DNA of 64,000 nucleotides from Sphagnum compactum (taxonomy: Eukaryota): contig OZ234493.1 of assembly GCA_965153455.1 (NCBI GenBank), forward strand, positions 30,742,213 to 30,806,212, given 5' to 3'. Position numbers and translations under genes: made by a program. The notes beneath the pieces were generated by a model. The model had not been told where the DNA came from. It searched no databases and saw only the letters and a program-made list of their open reading frames with translations. Positions 13,062 to 27,376 of the stretch are shown piece by piece. Every line of letters begins with the position of its first letter. Within the stretch, counting starts at the first letter, position 1.

Positions 13062-14037
13062 GAGCATCTTCAGCAGTGCGTGCTCAGTATGTGACCCTGC
13101 AAAAATATTTTTCATATCCAAGTTTAGTTATTTACTTTTCTTTTCAGCCCCGCCCATAGAACCGAAACCGGGACAGACAGCAAATAGGTGGGTGGGCTAC
13201 TAGTATCAAACCACCTGGACCAATCATTATGATAGATTAATCAGAAACTATATGATCAGTAGTCGGATTGTATTTAGTACACTCTTTTTTTCTTGCATGT
13301 GCACTGCAATTGCTCCGCCATTCACCAACCACCACAAAACTGTACAATTATGATAAGCCAAAACCATTTTGCTGAGCCAAACCAGTATGTTTTATACTTT
13401 TCATCATCCAAGTATCAAACCACCTAGACCAATCATTATGATGGACCAATCAGAAACTATATGATCAGCAGTCGGATTGTATTTTATTACACTCTTTTTT
13501 CTTGCATGTGCACTGCAATTGCTCCGCCATTCACCAACCACCACAAAACTGTACAATTATGATAAGCCAAAACCATTTTGCTAAGCCAAAACCATTTTGC
13601 TGAGCCAAACCAGAATGTTTTTACACTTTTCTTCATCCAAGTATCAAACCACCTAGACCAATCATTATGATGGACCAATCAGAAACTATATGATCAGTAG
13701 TCGGATTGTATTTTATTACACTCTTTTTTCTTGCATGTGCACTGCAATTGCTCCGCCATTCGACCAACCACCACAAAACTGTACAATTATGATAAGCCAA
13801 AACCATTTTGCTGAGCCAAACCAGTATGTTTGTACACTTTTCTTCATCCAAGTTTTTACTGTGCAGGTTCAGATACATACTGAGCACCGCTGGAGATGCT
13901 GAGTATGTATCTAATGTACAATTATGATGAGCCAAAACCATTTTGCTGAGCCGAACCAGTATGTTTTTTTCCTTTTCTTCATCCAAGTTTTTAGTGTGCA
14001 GGATCAGATTACATACTGAGCACCGCTGGAGATGCTC
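13062..14037. mobile_element. Tourist-like (PIF/Harbinger) MITE with internal tandem duplications
   Basis: Termini GAGCATC...GATGCTC with longer imperfect inverted repeats (GTGCTCAGTATGT/ACATACTGAGCAC), flanked by TTA on both sides (13059-13061, 14038-14040). A ~210-230 bp internal unit starts at ~13202, 13411 and 13640. Confidence 0.85.
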
Positions 14038-15812
14038 TTAGCCAGCAAGCCAAGTGTACTATGTATGTACGTTTTGCATAAAGTACAGAAGTTGTCAAAG
14101 TTGGTCAAGCCTAGACTTAACCCATTTCTCCCAGACTGACTGCTTGCTTGCTTGCTGCAGCAGCTGTGATGCAGAAAGCATTTTCTTTCTCTCTCCTTTT
14201 TGTAAAGGTGATGCAGGATGTTGATTCAGTATGTGTGCCTTGTTGCTTCCTGAATCCTGCCCCCCGCGCCCCAAGCATGGGGCCTTGCATAAAGGTCAGC
14301 TGCAAGGCGCGTGATTGAGATTCTGTATGCAAAGAGCACTCACTGTTTCGCAAGTGATTGCGTATGGAAAGAGCAATCAATGTTGCATAAGAATAATAAG
14401 AAGCCAGTCCATGAGCAGTCCGTCTCCAAGGCTCTGTCCTTCTGCTTGTCAGACATGAGCTGCAATTTTGTCAACAAGGAAAGAAAGATGCAAAGCACTT
14501 GTCTGAACACAATTTATACTCTTTCAACGAGATCATGATGCGCTTGCTCTTTCTCGGCTTTGCCCCCCTAAGGAACAGATTACACATTGATGCAGGACTT
14601 GGGCATAAATTTTTTTGGCTTGAACTTCTTTATCATCTGGAGTACTTACTATGTGTGCATATGATGGGATGGGCATGTTCCATTAAAAGAACTTAATCAT
14701 CTAGATGAGAAATTTTAGATACAGTAAAGGGAAATATGTAATTTGAAGTTTTGAACAAGTGTTGACAAGCCTTTTGGTTTCACCCATGTTCTCGGTTTCT
14801 AAGTCAAGCTTTAGGGTATCTAAACCAAAGGTTCAGTGTTTTTTGGGAACCAAATTGGAACCAAATTGGGCAACTGGCCTTTTCAATAACTAGGGTGCTA
14901 TCCCTTCGGTTAAACAAGTTCCAATTCTCTAAGTAAATAAAGACAACTTTTCAAAAGAAAAACAATCATGACCTTAATTTTTATGCAAGGAATTTATTTT
15001 AATTGGTTGTAGATTGCTGTTATTACATAGTCTCTATCTTGGATTGTGTGAATTCGTTGAACAAACTAATATTACATAAAAGAATTCATGTTTAGTTGGT
15101 GTAATGGAGATAGAACCAAACTTAATCTTAAATTAGATCAAGCTAAAATTTTGTTTTAAAAATTATTAAAATCAAAAGTTATTTCTTGCACAAATGAAAG
15201 AATCCATTGTGAAGAAGAAACACAAACAACCACCCTAGTTGGGGGAGCACCACCACACTCTTAGGTGACCAACCTAACTAATAAAGCTTCTTGCAAGCCC
15301 ATCGTAACACCATCTAACATATCTACCTAATCTAGCACAAATTATCTCCTGGACTCTTGTCAAAACTTTCAAGAAACTTTGTTTCCTTGGTAGAATAATA
15401 TTTGATTGACCTCAACCATCTATTCCAAGCTGTTTTACAACAATCAATAAATCATCCCAAATAGTTTTCTAAGGTTTATTTAATTACAACCTCTGATTGT
15501 TAAAGACGATGTTCTTACATTGAATCTATATGATTGAAAGTGTGATCCTCTTAAACAACAACCATGATCTTGTGATTTTGTGAAATCTTTTTGGAATTAT
15601 GGCAACAAAAACACAATGTTTCCATCTAATAGGCATGGCCTATTGGGTGGATTCGGTTCCACCCATCAAGCAATCCATAAATTCAAAACATAATTCCATG
15701 CACTTTGGGCATGCCAACATTCGTAGAATCTATGCAAGATTGACTCACAATCAAATCCACAAAGAGGGCAAGCTTAATTGAATAACCCATCTACTATGGC
15801 AGCAATACAACA

Positions 15813-16820
15813 GTGAAGGAAATTATGTCAACATGCTATTGGTGGCTGACAATTCACAAAGATGTTGTTGATTTGTGCCAAAGATGTGACATTTGTCAAC
15901 GAATAGAACCTATGTGGCGAAGTGGCAAGGGACCCCTCAAACCAATTATGGTATTTGAACCCTTTATGAAATGGGATTTAAATTTTACGAGACCTATCAA
16001 ACCCATAGCTAAAATAATGGTAACCAATATATCATTGTAGCCATTGACTACACCACTAAATGGGTAGAAACTAAGGCTCTTAGGGACAACACAATAAAAA
16101 GCACAACCAAATTCATTTATGAAAACATTATAACTAGGTTTGGATGTCCCACCCACTTTGTTAGTGATCAAGGAAGTCATTTCATTAATAAAACAATTGA
16201 AATATTGGTGGAGGAATTTATGAATGTGAATTTGGTTTCCAAAGGCATAACCACAATTCAACCACCTATTATCCACAAGGAAATGGATAGGTTGAATCAA
16301 CAAATAAAAACCTTGGGAAAGATTTTTGTTAAACTAGTTAATGCTAATCATATTGACTAAAATGTTATGCTTTTCACAACACATGGGCATATCGAACATC
16401 AGATAAAGTTACTACACAATTTACGTCATTTGAATTGGTTTATGGCACTCAACCTGTTATGCCAACTAAATTTATGGTCCCCACCAAAAGAATTATGGAT
16501 ATACCAATAGAAGATATTGATCAAATCATCCATGTAAAAATGGAAAATCTAGTTTGATTGGATGAAGAGCATTGGTGTCAATGAAAATATTAATCATATA
16601 TTGTTTCAAGAAGAAAAATTGGGATGACAAAGGAAAACTCAAAAGTATCTGTTAAGGTGATTTAGTTTTGTAGATGCCTAAAATAACAAAAATCAAGGGA
16701 GGTAAATTTAAGTTACCTTGGAAGGGTCCCTATAAAATACATAAAACATTTAATAAGTTGTTGAAGTAACTACTATGGGTGATGATGAAGTAGAGAGAGT
16801 AAATATCAACAAATTAAAAG
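15813..16820 (+). mobile_element. Decayed Ty3/Gypsy LTR-retrotransposon integrase fragment
   Basis: YWWLTIHKDVVDLCQRCDICQR (Zn-binding), then frameshifted [36 protein letters not shown] and TTYYPQGNG (rve core), with stops and frameshifts. Confidence 0.88.
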
Positions 16821-18706
16821 AATATCATTCCAAAAGTGTAGTGGCTAATGTTATGGTGGCCACTACCTATGTCGAAAGATATCCTAATAGGTACCATTAG
16901 AACAAATCTCTAACTACAAAGCCTAAAAATTCATTTAGATTGGTGCCCAAACCTATAAAATTTCCGTGGACATATATGATGAGTAATTTTTGGGTAGAGG
17001 AAAAGAAGTCAATAAGTAATGAAGGAAAAACAAAAAAATAGTGGTTACAAAACATGACTTTAAAAAAAGAACTTATTATACCCTACCAACTATGCCATGA
17101 AAAATAGAGGTTATAAAAAAAAATTATTACAACCATATAAGCTAGACCTCCCAAAGAAAAATGGAAAACTATTACTAGGATGTTGAAGACACCATTAAAT
17201 GAACTACGATCGATATGGCTTTTGGAAACTTTATTGAGTTTTGAGGAGTTCATAGAGTTGAAAAAAATCAAGCATCGTTATTATTTGTGGAAGAAGTGTT
17301 CTAGAAGAGATAATGAGCGTGGGAATGAATGGAACATTCGAGCTAGGGAAATTTTTGCACGGAAAAATCAAAATAGAATTGAGAGCTTTGTAGAGCCATC
17401 TATGACTTGGTTCAAACCCACTACAGACAAGTTCAATGGTAAAGTAGTATTTGAAGAGTATGTGAGAGGATGAATTGTATTTAGTTCTACAGGATCAAGC
17501 AAGCAAGGAGTTGTCTATAAGCAAAGGGATAGTGTAGAAGGTAGTGTAGAGGAAACAAATGAAAGTGAAGACAATAGTTCTGAAACAACAGTACTTCTAA
17601 AGGCCAAAAATAAAGGAGCGTTTACAAATAAAACATGTATAACCTTGCAAGCACACTATGTCGAATGTCCCAAAAATAAATAATATGTCTTTGGAATCAA
17701 ACTCATTTTTCACCTTTAAATGGGCCTTTAATTGTACCCAAGCCAACTATTCAACTTGTGAAATGAAGCAACCATAAGAACTTGATTTGTCCTTTCTTGA
17801 TTCTATCATATTCCAATCTCTTAGTAATATCCACATGCAATCACTTGGAAGTTTTTGGACCAACTCTACCCCCCAAAAATCTTTTACTTGGGGCATTTGG
17901 TGAACAAATATTTGCCACCCCCAAATCCCCACTTGGAAAACCTTTCATTTTAATCCACTCCACCATGTGTTCCATGATTATTCCTTCATCCACTATTGCT
18001 ACCCCCAACCTATTAAACACACTATTATAAACCCCACCTCTACCAACTTTGTCACTTTGATGAAAATAACCAATAACAACTTTTATGAACCAACTCCTAT
18101 AACTTTTCTAGATTTTGGGACCTAGGTTCATAGCCTTATCAACACAAAACTTGTGTTCACGTAAGAAAAACATGTTTAAATGTGAAATTTGATCCTTCTA
18201 ATACATCCAAAGCTTTTAGACAAATGTTGAATCATTTAGAACATGCACATCACCTAATTAATAGAGGTTATGTTCATTACCAATGTGCATGTTTTGTTTC
18301 AACTTTTGGATTTTACCACCTACTAGGTATGGGGTGTGTTTCGTATAGCTTGTTTCATTATCCTTCCCATACTTCTATGCATATAGTTTTGCATAGTGTA
18401 ATGAAAAGACTTTTTTTTACATGTGTTATATTGTTTTCTTCTCATCCCTAAGAACCCATCTAATCCTCCATGGACCTTAACATTGCCAATGGCATCATGT
18501 TATCCCATGTTTTTTTTGTCTACACTCATTAGTGGGTGCTTAATAGTATTTGTTTATGTTAGGAGCTCTCATACCTTCCCTTATTTACAACAACCACCAT
18601 AAAGGGCCAAGTTGTGTGGGCCTTTAAATTTGTAGATTCTACCAAAAAACACTTTATAAATTGGGTTCATTAAGCACAAGAAAATTTGTTACATAACTTG
18701 TGAAAT

Positions 18707-19617
18707 TGACACACCCCCAAACTCCTCAAGAAACCCAAAGGTGGGTCCCAAAATGAAACAGTGGAAGAAGAAGAGAGTTGGGGCAAATTCCCTAACTCAC
18801 AACACTTCAAGGGTAGGAGGGTGTGCTGGAGCTCTGGGATGGGACTAGGACGAACTCACAAGCAAAAGTTTAAGATGATATCAACTTGCACAACCAAGAA
18901 AGAGGGCGGTTAGTGCAAGTTGAATGGAAATGGTATGGTGGACTTAATAGAGACAACTTTAAGTACAAGTTTTACACAGTCCACAACCTTTGAGAGGAGG
19001 CACCACTCCCCTCCCTATATATACTATGTGCCTCTCCCTAAGGTCTACATCCAAATGTCACTTTTTCCCGGGACTCCCAAGTGGGAGTCCCAAAATTGGG
19101 ACTCTTGTTGTCTTAAAACTTTGGATGCTCATATCTTTCTCAAATCAAGTCTATTTTGAAAGTCCAATGGAAATATATTATAGCCCTTGAGAACATCTTT
19201 CCAATGGTGTATAGAACGCTCCAATCAGAGTTCATTTAACCCTTGCTTTTAAAGGTTTTGTAGTCAAAAGTCAAATTCCCGATTTGACTCTCACCACTTC
19301 TTTTGATTATAACTCATGCAAATCAGATTTAAATGAACAATGTGAGGTCATTATAAGCATCTACGCTTCAAGACCTTTTTAATGGTATCATGGGGGCCCA
19401 ATTTGGTGTTTGTTTGCCTTTCCAACTAAGGCTCTGAACATTCGTAACTCCAAATGAGTGCAACTCCTAGAGTGGGAGTGCATTTGGGAGTCATTAAACT
19501 TCATCCCTTGCATTCTCCCCCATTTGTGAGAGTGTGTTTCACACCTAAACACACTCTTGGCCTCATGGCCTTTACACTTCACATTTTTGTCGTGAACCTA
19601 ATGTTAGAATTGCGACA
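18707..19617. mobile_element. Solo LTR (911 bp)
   Basis: Starts TG (TGACACACC), ends CA (TTGCGACA), flanked by an exact 5-bp direct repeat GAAAT (18702-18706, 19618-19622); no internal coding region. Confidence 0.8.
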
Positions 19618-22249
19618 GAAATTGTTAGTGAATGAATTAATAGTCAAGTGCTCTTCTTCTAAGCCAAAAAAATCCTATCTATTAACAACTTTTGATCTAC
19701 CTTTTTTGTAGACCTTATAGATTTTTGGGGTGGCCATGCCATCATCACGTGTATGTTATGTTTTCATCCCTATGTTTATTTTTTGCCACTCTATGTGGGG
19801 GATTTTTATCCTTCCTAGGCACATCAATTTCCTTCAAAAGCTCAAACAACCTATAAGTTGTACTATCCTACTAAGCACCTCCTTTCATTTTGGACAATGT
19901 TGATTGCTCAACTTCATTCTCTTGGGTTGCACCCTCTTGTAGCCTAGCACACTCCACTTTATTTTTTGAATTTGTGTCCTCTTTTCTAAACTACTTCCTT
20001 GCACCCCACTCACCCAATTTCCCATTAATTTTTATTAGGAAAGGACATTGTTTAACATGATATGTTAAATTGAAACAAAATGAAAATGAATTGGAAGATG
20101 GTCATAATCTCCTAACATCACTTTTAAGTTTCCAAAGGCTTCATTTTTTACTCCAAAGAAGTCTCCCAACCTTCCTTGGTTTCTAATGCAACACAATAAT
20201 GTTGTTTTGCTATGCAAATTATCTCCTTATCAAATTCAAGACAACTCCCAAATTGGAAGTAATTTCTCAACCTACAACTTGAAACTCAATTGGGAGTTTC
20301 CACAAAAAATGATCAATGTTGGGATCTTCATACCCTTTGGGTTATTTGCATTGGCACCCACCCTTCGACGATGCACATTCCCTAATTCGTTTCAAAAGGT
20401 GTTAAGATCAAAAAAATTCTTAACATATATATATTTTTTTTCTTAAGCAAAATGAAACCTTTGCCTATGTGATAATCAAAAACAACTTTTTTCCCTCCTA
20501 TCTTTTCACTTAAATTAACTGATTAGGAATTGAAAGCAAAAGGCAAAGCCTTCTCACCTATGAAGTTTGCGATGATTGCATGATCTTGAAATAATGCCAT
20601 TTCAACTTTTGCCATGTTTTGATTTACCTAAATGAAGCATTTAATGTCTTTACAACAAGAAGCCCACACAATTGTGATAAAACCTCCATTAATGTGGCCA
20701 TTGTTGCATTGAAAGAAGTGTTCCTTACGTGGAGCATGAACACATCTTTTCCTCTATCATTGAATCATTCCCTTGGAGTAGCATGGCCCCATTCCCTAAT
20801 TAATCCTTGTTATTTGTTTCACATAGTTGGCAAATGATTTGCCACCCACCAAACTTTGAACAACTTCCATCACCAACACTTGTTCTTTATTTGACTTACT
20901 AAACTCGCATAACTTCACCACTTTTGGCATCATAGATTATTGCCTTTAAACACATGTTGCACCCATCACCCTAGTCCCCCAACATTGCCCTACTCGCCAC
21001 AACCTTCCAATTGTAGAACATCACATTGCTCACTAAACCAAAAAGACCTAACAAAAGTCTACTTGGCAAAGTTACATTACTTTGTTCCCAATGAACAATG
21101 AAGAACACCTACACTACATTCAAAAAGCCACAAGATGTGTTCTAAAAGCCACACCCACATCTTTTGAGCTCCTTCACTGTTCCAAGTCCTTAATCCCTAA
21201 TCCCTAATTTTGACCATTGTAACATAATCAAAGGTTTTAAAAATTAAAAAAATTGGTCATAAGATTAGACCAAACATTACATTAAAAACGTTAAAAACTT
21301 CAAAACCAAAACCAAAGGTTCCCTTTAAAATCAAGAATTGTATAACACCAATTTGAACATGCTACGAAGGACATAGTCATTACACAATGAATTACTTGTT
21401 TTTCTATAGTATCTTCAATATGTGCACTATTTTGTTACTTTATATTTTCAATACACTTGAAATTTTCATTGTGATAAAGAGTCACCCAAGTAAGTAATTA
21501 GTCTTATTGTTCAAAGGGACAAGACTTTGTATCTATATAAACTTTGGGGTACGATTTTGACTTGAGTTGAGATTCAATTCTCTATGTGATAGATGGGAAT
21601 GAAGATTTGGTTGTTTTTTCTTGTTTTTTATTTTTCAAAATCAAATTCATCTTGCATTGGATTACCTAAGCATGTTACATATATTTTCAAAGTACCACCT
21701 ATTACCTAAGCATGTTTGTAGGTGTGCAGCATAGGAAAGGTTTGAACTAATGTTGGTTAGTTATTGGGTTTTGAATTGATTATCAATCTTGTTAACAATA
21801 ACCTACAAGATAGTTATTAATTTTTTTGATAAGAAGTTAATGATTTAATCGAATGGTATTAAAATTTCAAAATTTAATAACCTATCCAAACGACTTGGTT
21901 ATCATATTAATCCTAAAACATTAAATAAATTATGATAAATTTTGAAACAAAAAAGTTAATATTAACTTTTTTAGAAACCTTATAATTGATTAATAACTAA
22001 CATGGTAATAAACAATTATCCATGATTACTTGATAACCTAATGTATACATAATAAAAGGGTATAAAATATTTTATTACCCCCAAATATTGATAACATAAT
22101 TAACACCCAAAATAAATTGATATTGACATTGATAACTAAATTTATGCCCATAATGTTTTTTTTAAATAACCTATGCAATGGTAATAAAAAAATCAATAAC
22201 CATCCAACATCGATTTGGACCTATGAAGGTCAACTTTCAATTAAATGCA

Positions 22250-25200
22250 TATTATCACATAAGTTGGTTACACAAAAAAAAATCTCAAAACACACATACA
22301 CCATACAAAACACTCACAATATAAGAGATGAAAATTTCATGTTATTGGGTTAGGATCACTCATGCACCTAAAGTTCAGTCTTTATGTCATCTACACCAAA
22401 TGGGGAGCTTATGTCACACACATTTAAAGACCTTGCCTTATGGGGATCACCTACCAAAAACACATAAGTTTGTTCTTGTGATTTTTTATTGAAATGAAAC
22501 ATAAGTTTATTGTAACAAGGTGAACCACTTTAGGCAAAAATATGATAGTGTATTAGGTATAATAAGCTTGAATCTTGGTGGCAACCTTGTGGCAATCATA
22601 AGTTCAAGCAAAAAGTTTTGGAATGTGCTTGACATTTTTTTGTAATTCAAACTTTAGTTTAGATCAAAATCAATTTTGATACGACAATTAGATAAAGAGG
22701 TTAATTACATTCAATGTACACATCATATATAATGTATAGTGTTCTAATAGCCTTAAGGTTTCATGTTGAATGATATGTTCCATTAACAAAGGAGAAAAAA
22801 ATGCAAAATGCAAAAAAAACCATGCCAAACTCAATGATGTTCTCCTCTTTCATTATCAATGTTTTTTGATGAAATCCTAAATGATACAATTTCTATGGTG
22901 TACAAACATAAAAAAATAATATCTGGTGATGAAGGTATTCTATCAAATGTTCTTTAAACATCTCCAAATTTTGGTAGATTGTTTTTGTTATATCGACATT
23001 GCCATTCTTCCAAAAAATTAATGCAAAATTATCACCTATAACCTCATTTTAAAAATACATTTCTAAATTTTCATACTTTGTGATGGGTATTAATTTGTTC
23101 CAAATATATTTATCTTATATAATCTTCATCCTTTGTTGAATGTTTTCTAAAAATTAATTAAACCATTATTTTATTCTCAAATCTACCCATAAGGACAATT
23201 ATTTATTTTCTTTATCCATCCATTTGTTTGTAATGCATAATTGGTTTGATTTACAAATTCCATTTTTATGTATGCATTATGATGTTACAAACCCATGTCC
23301 TAATAAATTAGATGTCATTTTGGTTATGGAAAAGTTCACAAGAACAAACATATGTGTTTTTAATGAACAATCTCCATAAGACAAGGTCTTTAAGCATATG
23401 TGATGACCTCCCCATTGCGTGTAGCCCACATAAAGTTTAAGCTTTAGGTGTGTGGGTTTTCGTACCTTAAAAACATGTAAGTTTCATCTTTTGTATTATG
23501 AACATTTTCTATGACGTATGTGTTTAATATAGGAATTCACTAGAAGAAATGTTGTATTATGCAACCATCTAATTTGCAACCATCTAATTTGCAACCATAT
23601 GTGACACATCATTTGTTGTAACTATAGTTGTCATTTTTACAAGTAGTCACCATCCTTTCAATCTGTTATTATTATTACAACTATGGTGTAACTAATTTGC
23701 AATTATTAAAATTTACATCCTTTCATGTTGACTAACTTTTGGGGCTTTTCATTTAAGAAAAAAAATTCAAATTAATTGCAAAAAAGTTGTAACTTGGTTA
23801 CCTTTATGTGGTGTAGTTATATTTTTTATGTACATTATGATGCCTTGGAAAATGTTAAGGTATATTTATAGATTATGTTGTATTTAAAGTAGGTGAAATA
23901 TACATTTTGCATATATTGTGAGTGGGTTAAATTGCCTAAGAAATAGTTAAGTAAATAGATATATGAGTACAAATGTATGTATGTAAATATGTAGTTAAGA
24001 TAGGTTAATTATTAAGAAAAAAAGTTAGGTACATAAAAAAACAAGAATCTTATTTATTAACTATATATTATACTTAATAAATAACAAATATTATTGATTA
24101 GAAATTAATTAATTAATTTAAAAATAATTATAATGTTTAATATTTAATATTTTAATTAAATAACTACTTAATAAATCATTAGTTGGTTATTTCCTTATTA
24201 TTTATTTGATAATTAATAATTTTAATCATAAATTATATGCAATAATTATTGATGATAAATAATAGATAATTTATTATTAATTATTAACGAATTTTATATT
24301 TGCCAAGGTTTAAACAAAATTTATTTTTTCCATATTTAAATTTGTGAATGTTTAGCCAATATTTAGCCAAGGTTTATCCAAGTTCTAATTTAACCAATGT
24401 TTAAATAATGTTTATCCAAGTTTTTGTTTCAACAAAATTTAGCCAACATTAACTTAGTTTTAATTTTAAAATGTAATTTAGCCAATGTTTTGTCATTTTT
24501 AACCAAATTTTAGTTTAACCAAATTTTAATTTAGCCAAGGTTTAACCAAAGTTTAGCCAAAATTCAACAATATTTTGGTATAATTAATGTGTAATTAATT
24601 TTTTTCAAAATTTTAATTTAACCAATGTTTAATTTTAAAAAAATTAGCCAAGGTTTAATTTATTTTTACCCAAATTTTAACCAATGATTAGCAAAGGTTT
24701 AGCCCAAAAAAATTTAACTAAATTTAAACCAAAATTTAGCCAATATTTGGTTTAGCCAATATTTAATCAAAATTTTGCCAATGTTTAATTTAGTTAATCT
24801 TTAACCAAACTTTAATTTAGTCAAGGTTTAGGCAAGTTTTCATTCAATAAAAAATTGGTCAAATATTTTATTAGCCAAAAGTTAAGCAATGTTTTGCCAA
24901 ATTTTTGTTTCACCAAGGTTAGCTAATGTTTAATCAAAATTTAGCCAATTTAGTAAAATTTTAACTTAATCAAAGTTTAGCCAAATTTTTGTTTAAACAA
25001 GATTTGGCAAGGTTTATTCAAATTCTAGTTTAAGCAAGGTTTAGCCAATGTTCAATCAAAATTTATTTTTGTTAAAATTTAACCAAAGTTTAGTTAAATT
25101 TTAGTTTAAGCAACAATTAGTTAAGGTTTTGCCAAATTTTAATTTAGACAATGTTTAAACAACCTTTGGTTAAATTTGAATTTAAATAATGTCTAGCCAA

Positions 25201-26835
25201 GGTTTACTTTAGGTCAAGCATAAATGACATGTGACCTTATGTTACTTTAATTAATAAACTAGGTTAATTAGTAAATAATAAATTGATTTAATAAATAGTA
25301 GGTTAGGTTATGTACGAATGGGTAAGTTACAATTAGGTTTAAACTATAAGAATTATCGCATATTTTTTGTCTTCCATTTCAATCTTGTAAAATCATATAA
25401 TTAAATGCATTTGAAACATTGAAAACACACAAACAACATTAAAAAGAACATGTCATTTGGGATGAACCAATAAAAAAGGTCAACCCTTAAAAGTTAAACG
25501 TAAGATAAAATTAAAAAATCTACTTATTTATTTCCTACTTACCAACCTATTAACCTTTCTACCTTTCTACCTACCCACCTACATACCTATCTATTTACAT
25601 AAATGAACTTTTTAAAAATGCCCATGTGGCATATTTTGATTATCCCACGTGGCAAAATTTGATTGCACCAAGTGGTAATATATGAGTGTGTTATATTTTA
25701 ATTGCAAAAATGGGGATTAATTATAAATTGAATGGTCAACAAATGAAACCATATATATTGACCATATACATCATCTATGTGTAATGTGTTAACATTATGA
25801 CAAGTTATCATTTGGGATTAGATGTTGAGTGCAACTTCATTATAATCGTAAATTATAGTCGCAAATTGACATTTTTTTCTAGTGATTTAGTTTATATAAC
25901 CTACCTATGTGCTAGTCAAAATGTAAAGTCATATTGAACAGTAACATTGACAAAATTTTAATAATCCATGTTGCAATAAACCTTTGTGGAATCATATTAA
26001 AAATTATGAATGGATTCTAAGGAAAGAATGGACTCATAATGGACTTTTGAAAAGATGACATTACATTTGTCACACAAAGAAAATGAAAAAATGGACTTAA
26101 AAAAAAAGGTTACAATAACATCAAAATTAAAAATTAAAAACAAGGCCCAATCAAATGTTGAATTTAAGAATAAAATGAATCCAAAATTTCCCGATAGAAG
26201 AACTTATCATTTAATGTTTCTATAGATATTGTGATTTTCATCATTTTTTTCCACTTTTTTCAAAATTTCCTAATTCACATTGAAATATCCAAGCTTTCAC
26301 ATGGATTTTTTGACCAATAACATGTTTAAGGATATTCATAGGATGTTTTATCAATATTTGTGACCAAAAAATAACAAATAATTATATGTTTATTATTTGA
26401 TAATAATTGTAATTGCAAAAATTGTAGCTAGTGTAAAATGTGGAGTTTTCAAAATGTCAAAAATGAACCAGTTAACCATGTTTTTACCCTTTATTGACTT
26501 TCAATTTCCTTACCTTTGTTGGGTTTGTAATATATGGTGATTTTTTCCAAAATCTTATCAGACATGCCCACTTGTTACATCTTGAAACATCTATTTTTGT
26601 GAAATATAAAAATTTGGCAAGGAAAAAAAAATTCTAGCCTAAAAAGGGTATGAGCTTTTGAGGATGAATTTTCAATTAAATTCCTACTAATACATAGGTA
26701 TGTAACACAAATTAAATTTTCGCACAACATAGATACACCATACAAAACACTCACAATACAAAAGATGAAATTTACATGTTTTTGAGCTAGAGAACCCATC
26801 ACACACACACACACAAAAACCTCACCTTATGGGGG
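22250..26835. repeat. Three copies of a ~150-250 bp long-TIR-like repeat: ~22250-22520, inverted ~23300-23537 (resuming after 25884), and ~26690-26835
   Basis: Shared CCATACAAAACACTCACAATA.AA.AGATGAAA...CCTTATGGGG in two copies and its diverged reverse complement in the third; the CACTA element interrupts the inverted copy. Confidence 0.6.
23538..25884. mobile_element. Non-autonomous CACTA (En/Spm) DNA transposon
   Basis: Termini CACTAGAAGAAATGT...ACATTTTTTTCTAGTG with 3-bp TSD ATT on both sides. The interior is very AT-rich and has a degenerate TTTAGCCAA-type array at ~24300-25200. Confidence 0.85.
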
Positions 26836-27376
26836 CCACTCACCAAAGACACATAAATGTATCCAAAGCTCTTTTTTTCTTGGTTTTTTATAGACCTCTT
26901 TGGACCAAAATTTGGACAATCCAAGTATATTGGTGTCTTTGCCCTTTTGGATTACAAGTGTAGAAATTTGGGTAAAGGATATGGAACAAAGTGTGGTGGT
27001 AAACTCTAGTACCATGGTTCACAAAGTTCCCAAAATTTTCCACCTCTCCACCACAATACAATACGTTAGTTTATTGTGAGAAGGTAGGAAGAGAAAACTA
27101 AAGAGTTGGTAAAGTACATACTTGATAGTGAATGTTTTTTTTTTCACCATTTTGTGACAAAGAAATTGGGAAAAATTTGGAAATTTTTCCTACTGAAAAT
27201 TTGATTAATTTTGCAAAGTTTTTGGTTAAATTTTGCCAAAATTGTTGAAATCAAAATACTTAGTGAAGTACATCTCCACCTACACCCACTATTTATCGTT
27301 GTTTATTGGATCTAAAGTGAAGTGTGATAACCCTAAACCCTAAAGTGAAGTGTGAACTATTCCCCATACTCACCCA

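Noticed and set aside
14892..14912. GGTGCTATCCCTTC as a miR390/TAS3 site
   Set aside because: The half pairing with the miRNA 5' end (CTGAGCTT) is missing, and there is no second site or tasiARF sequence.
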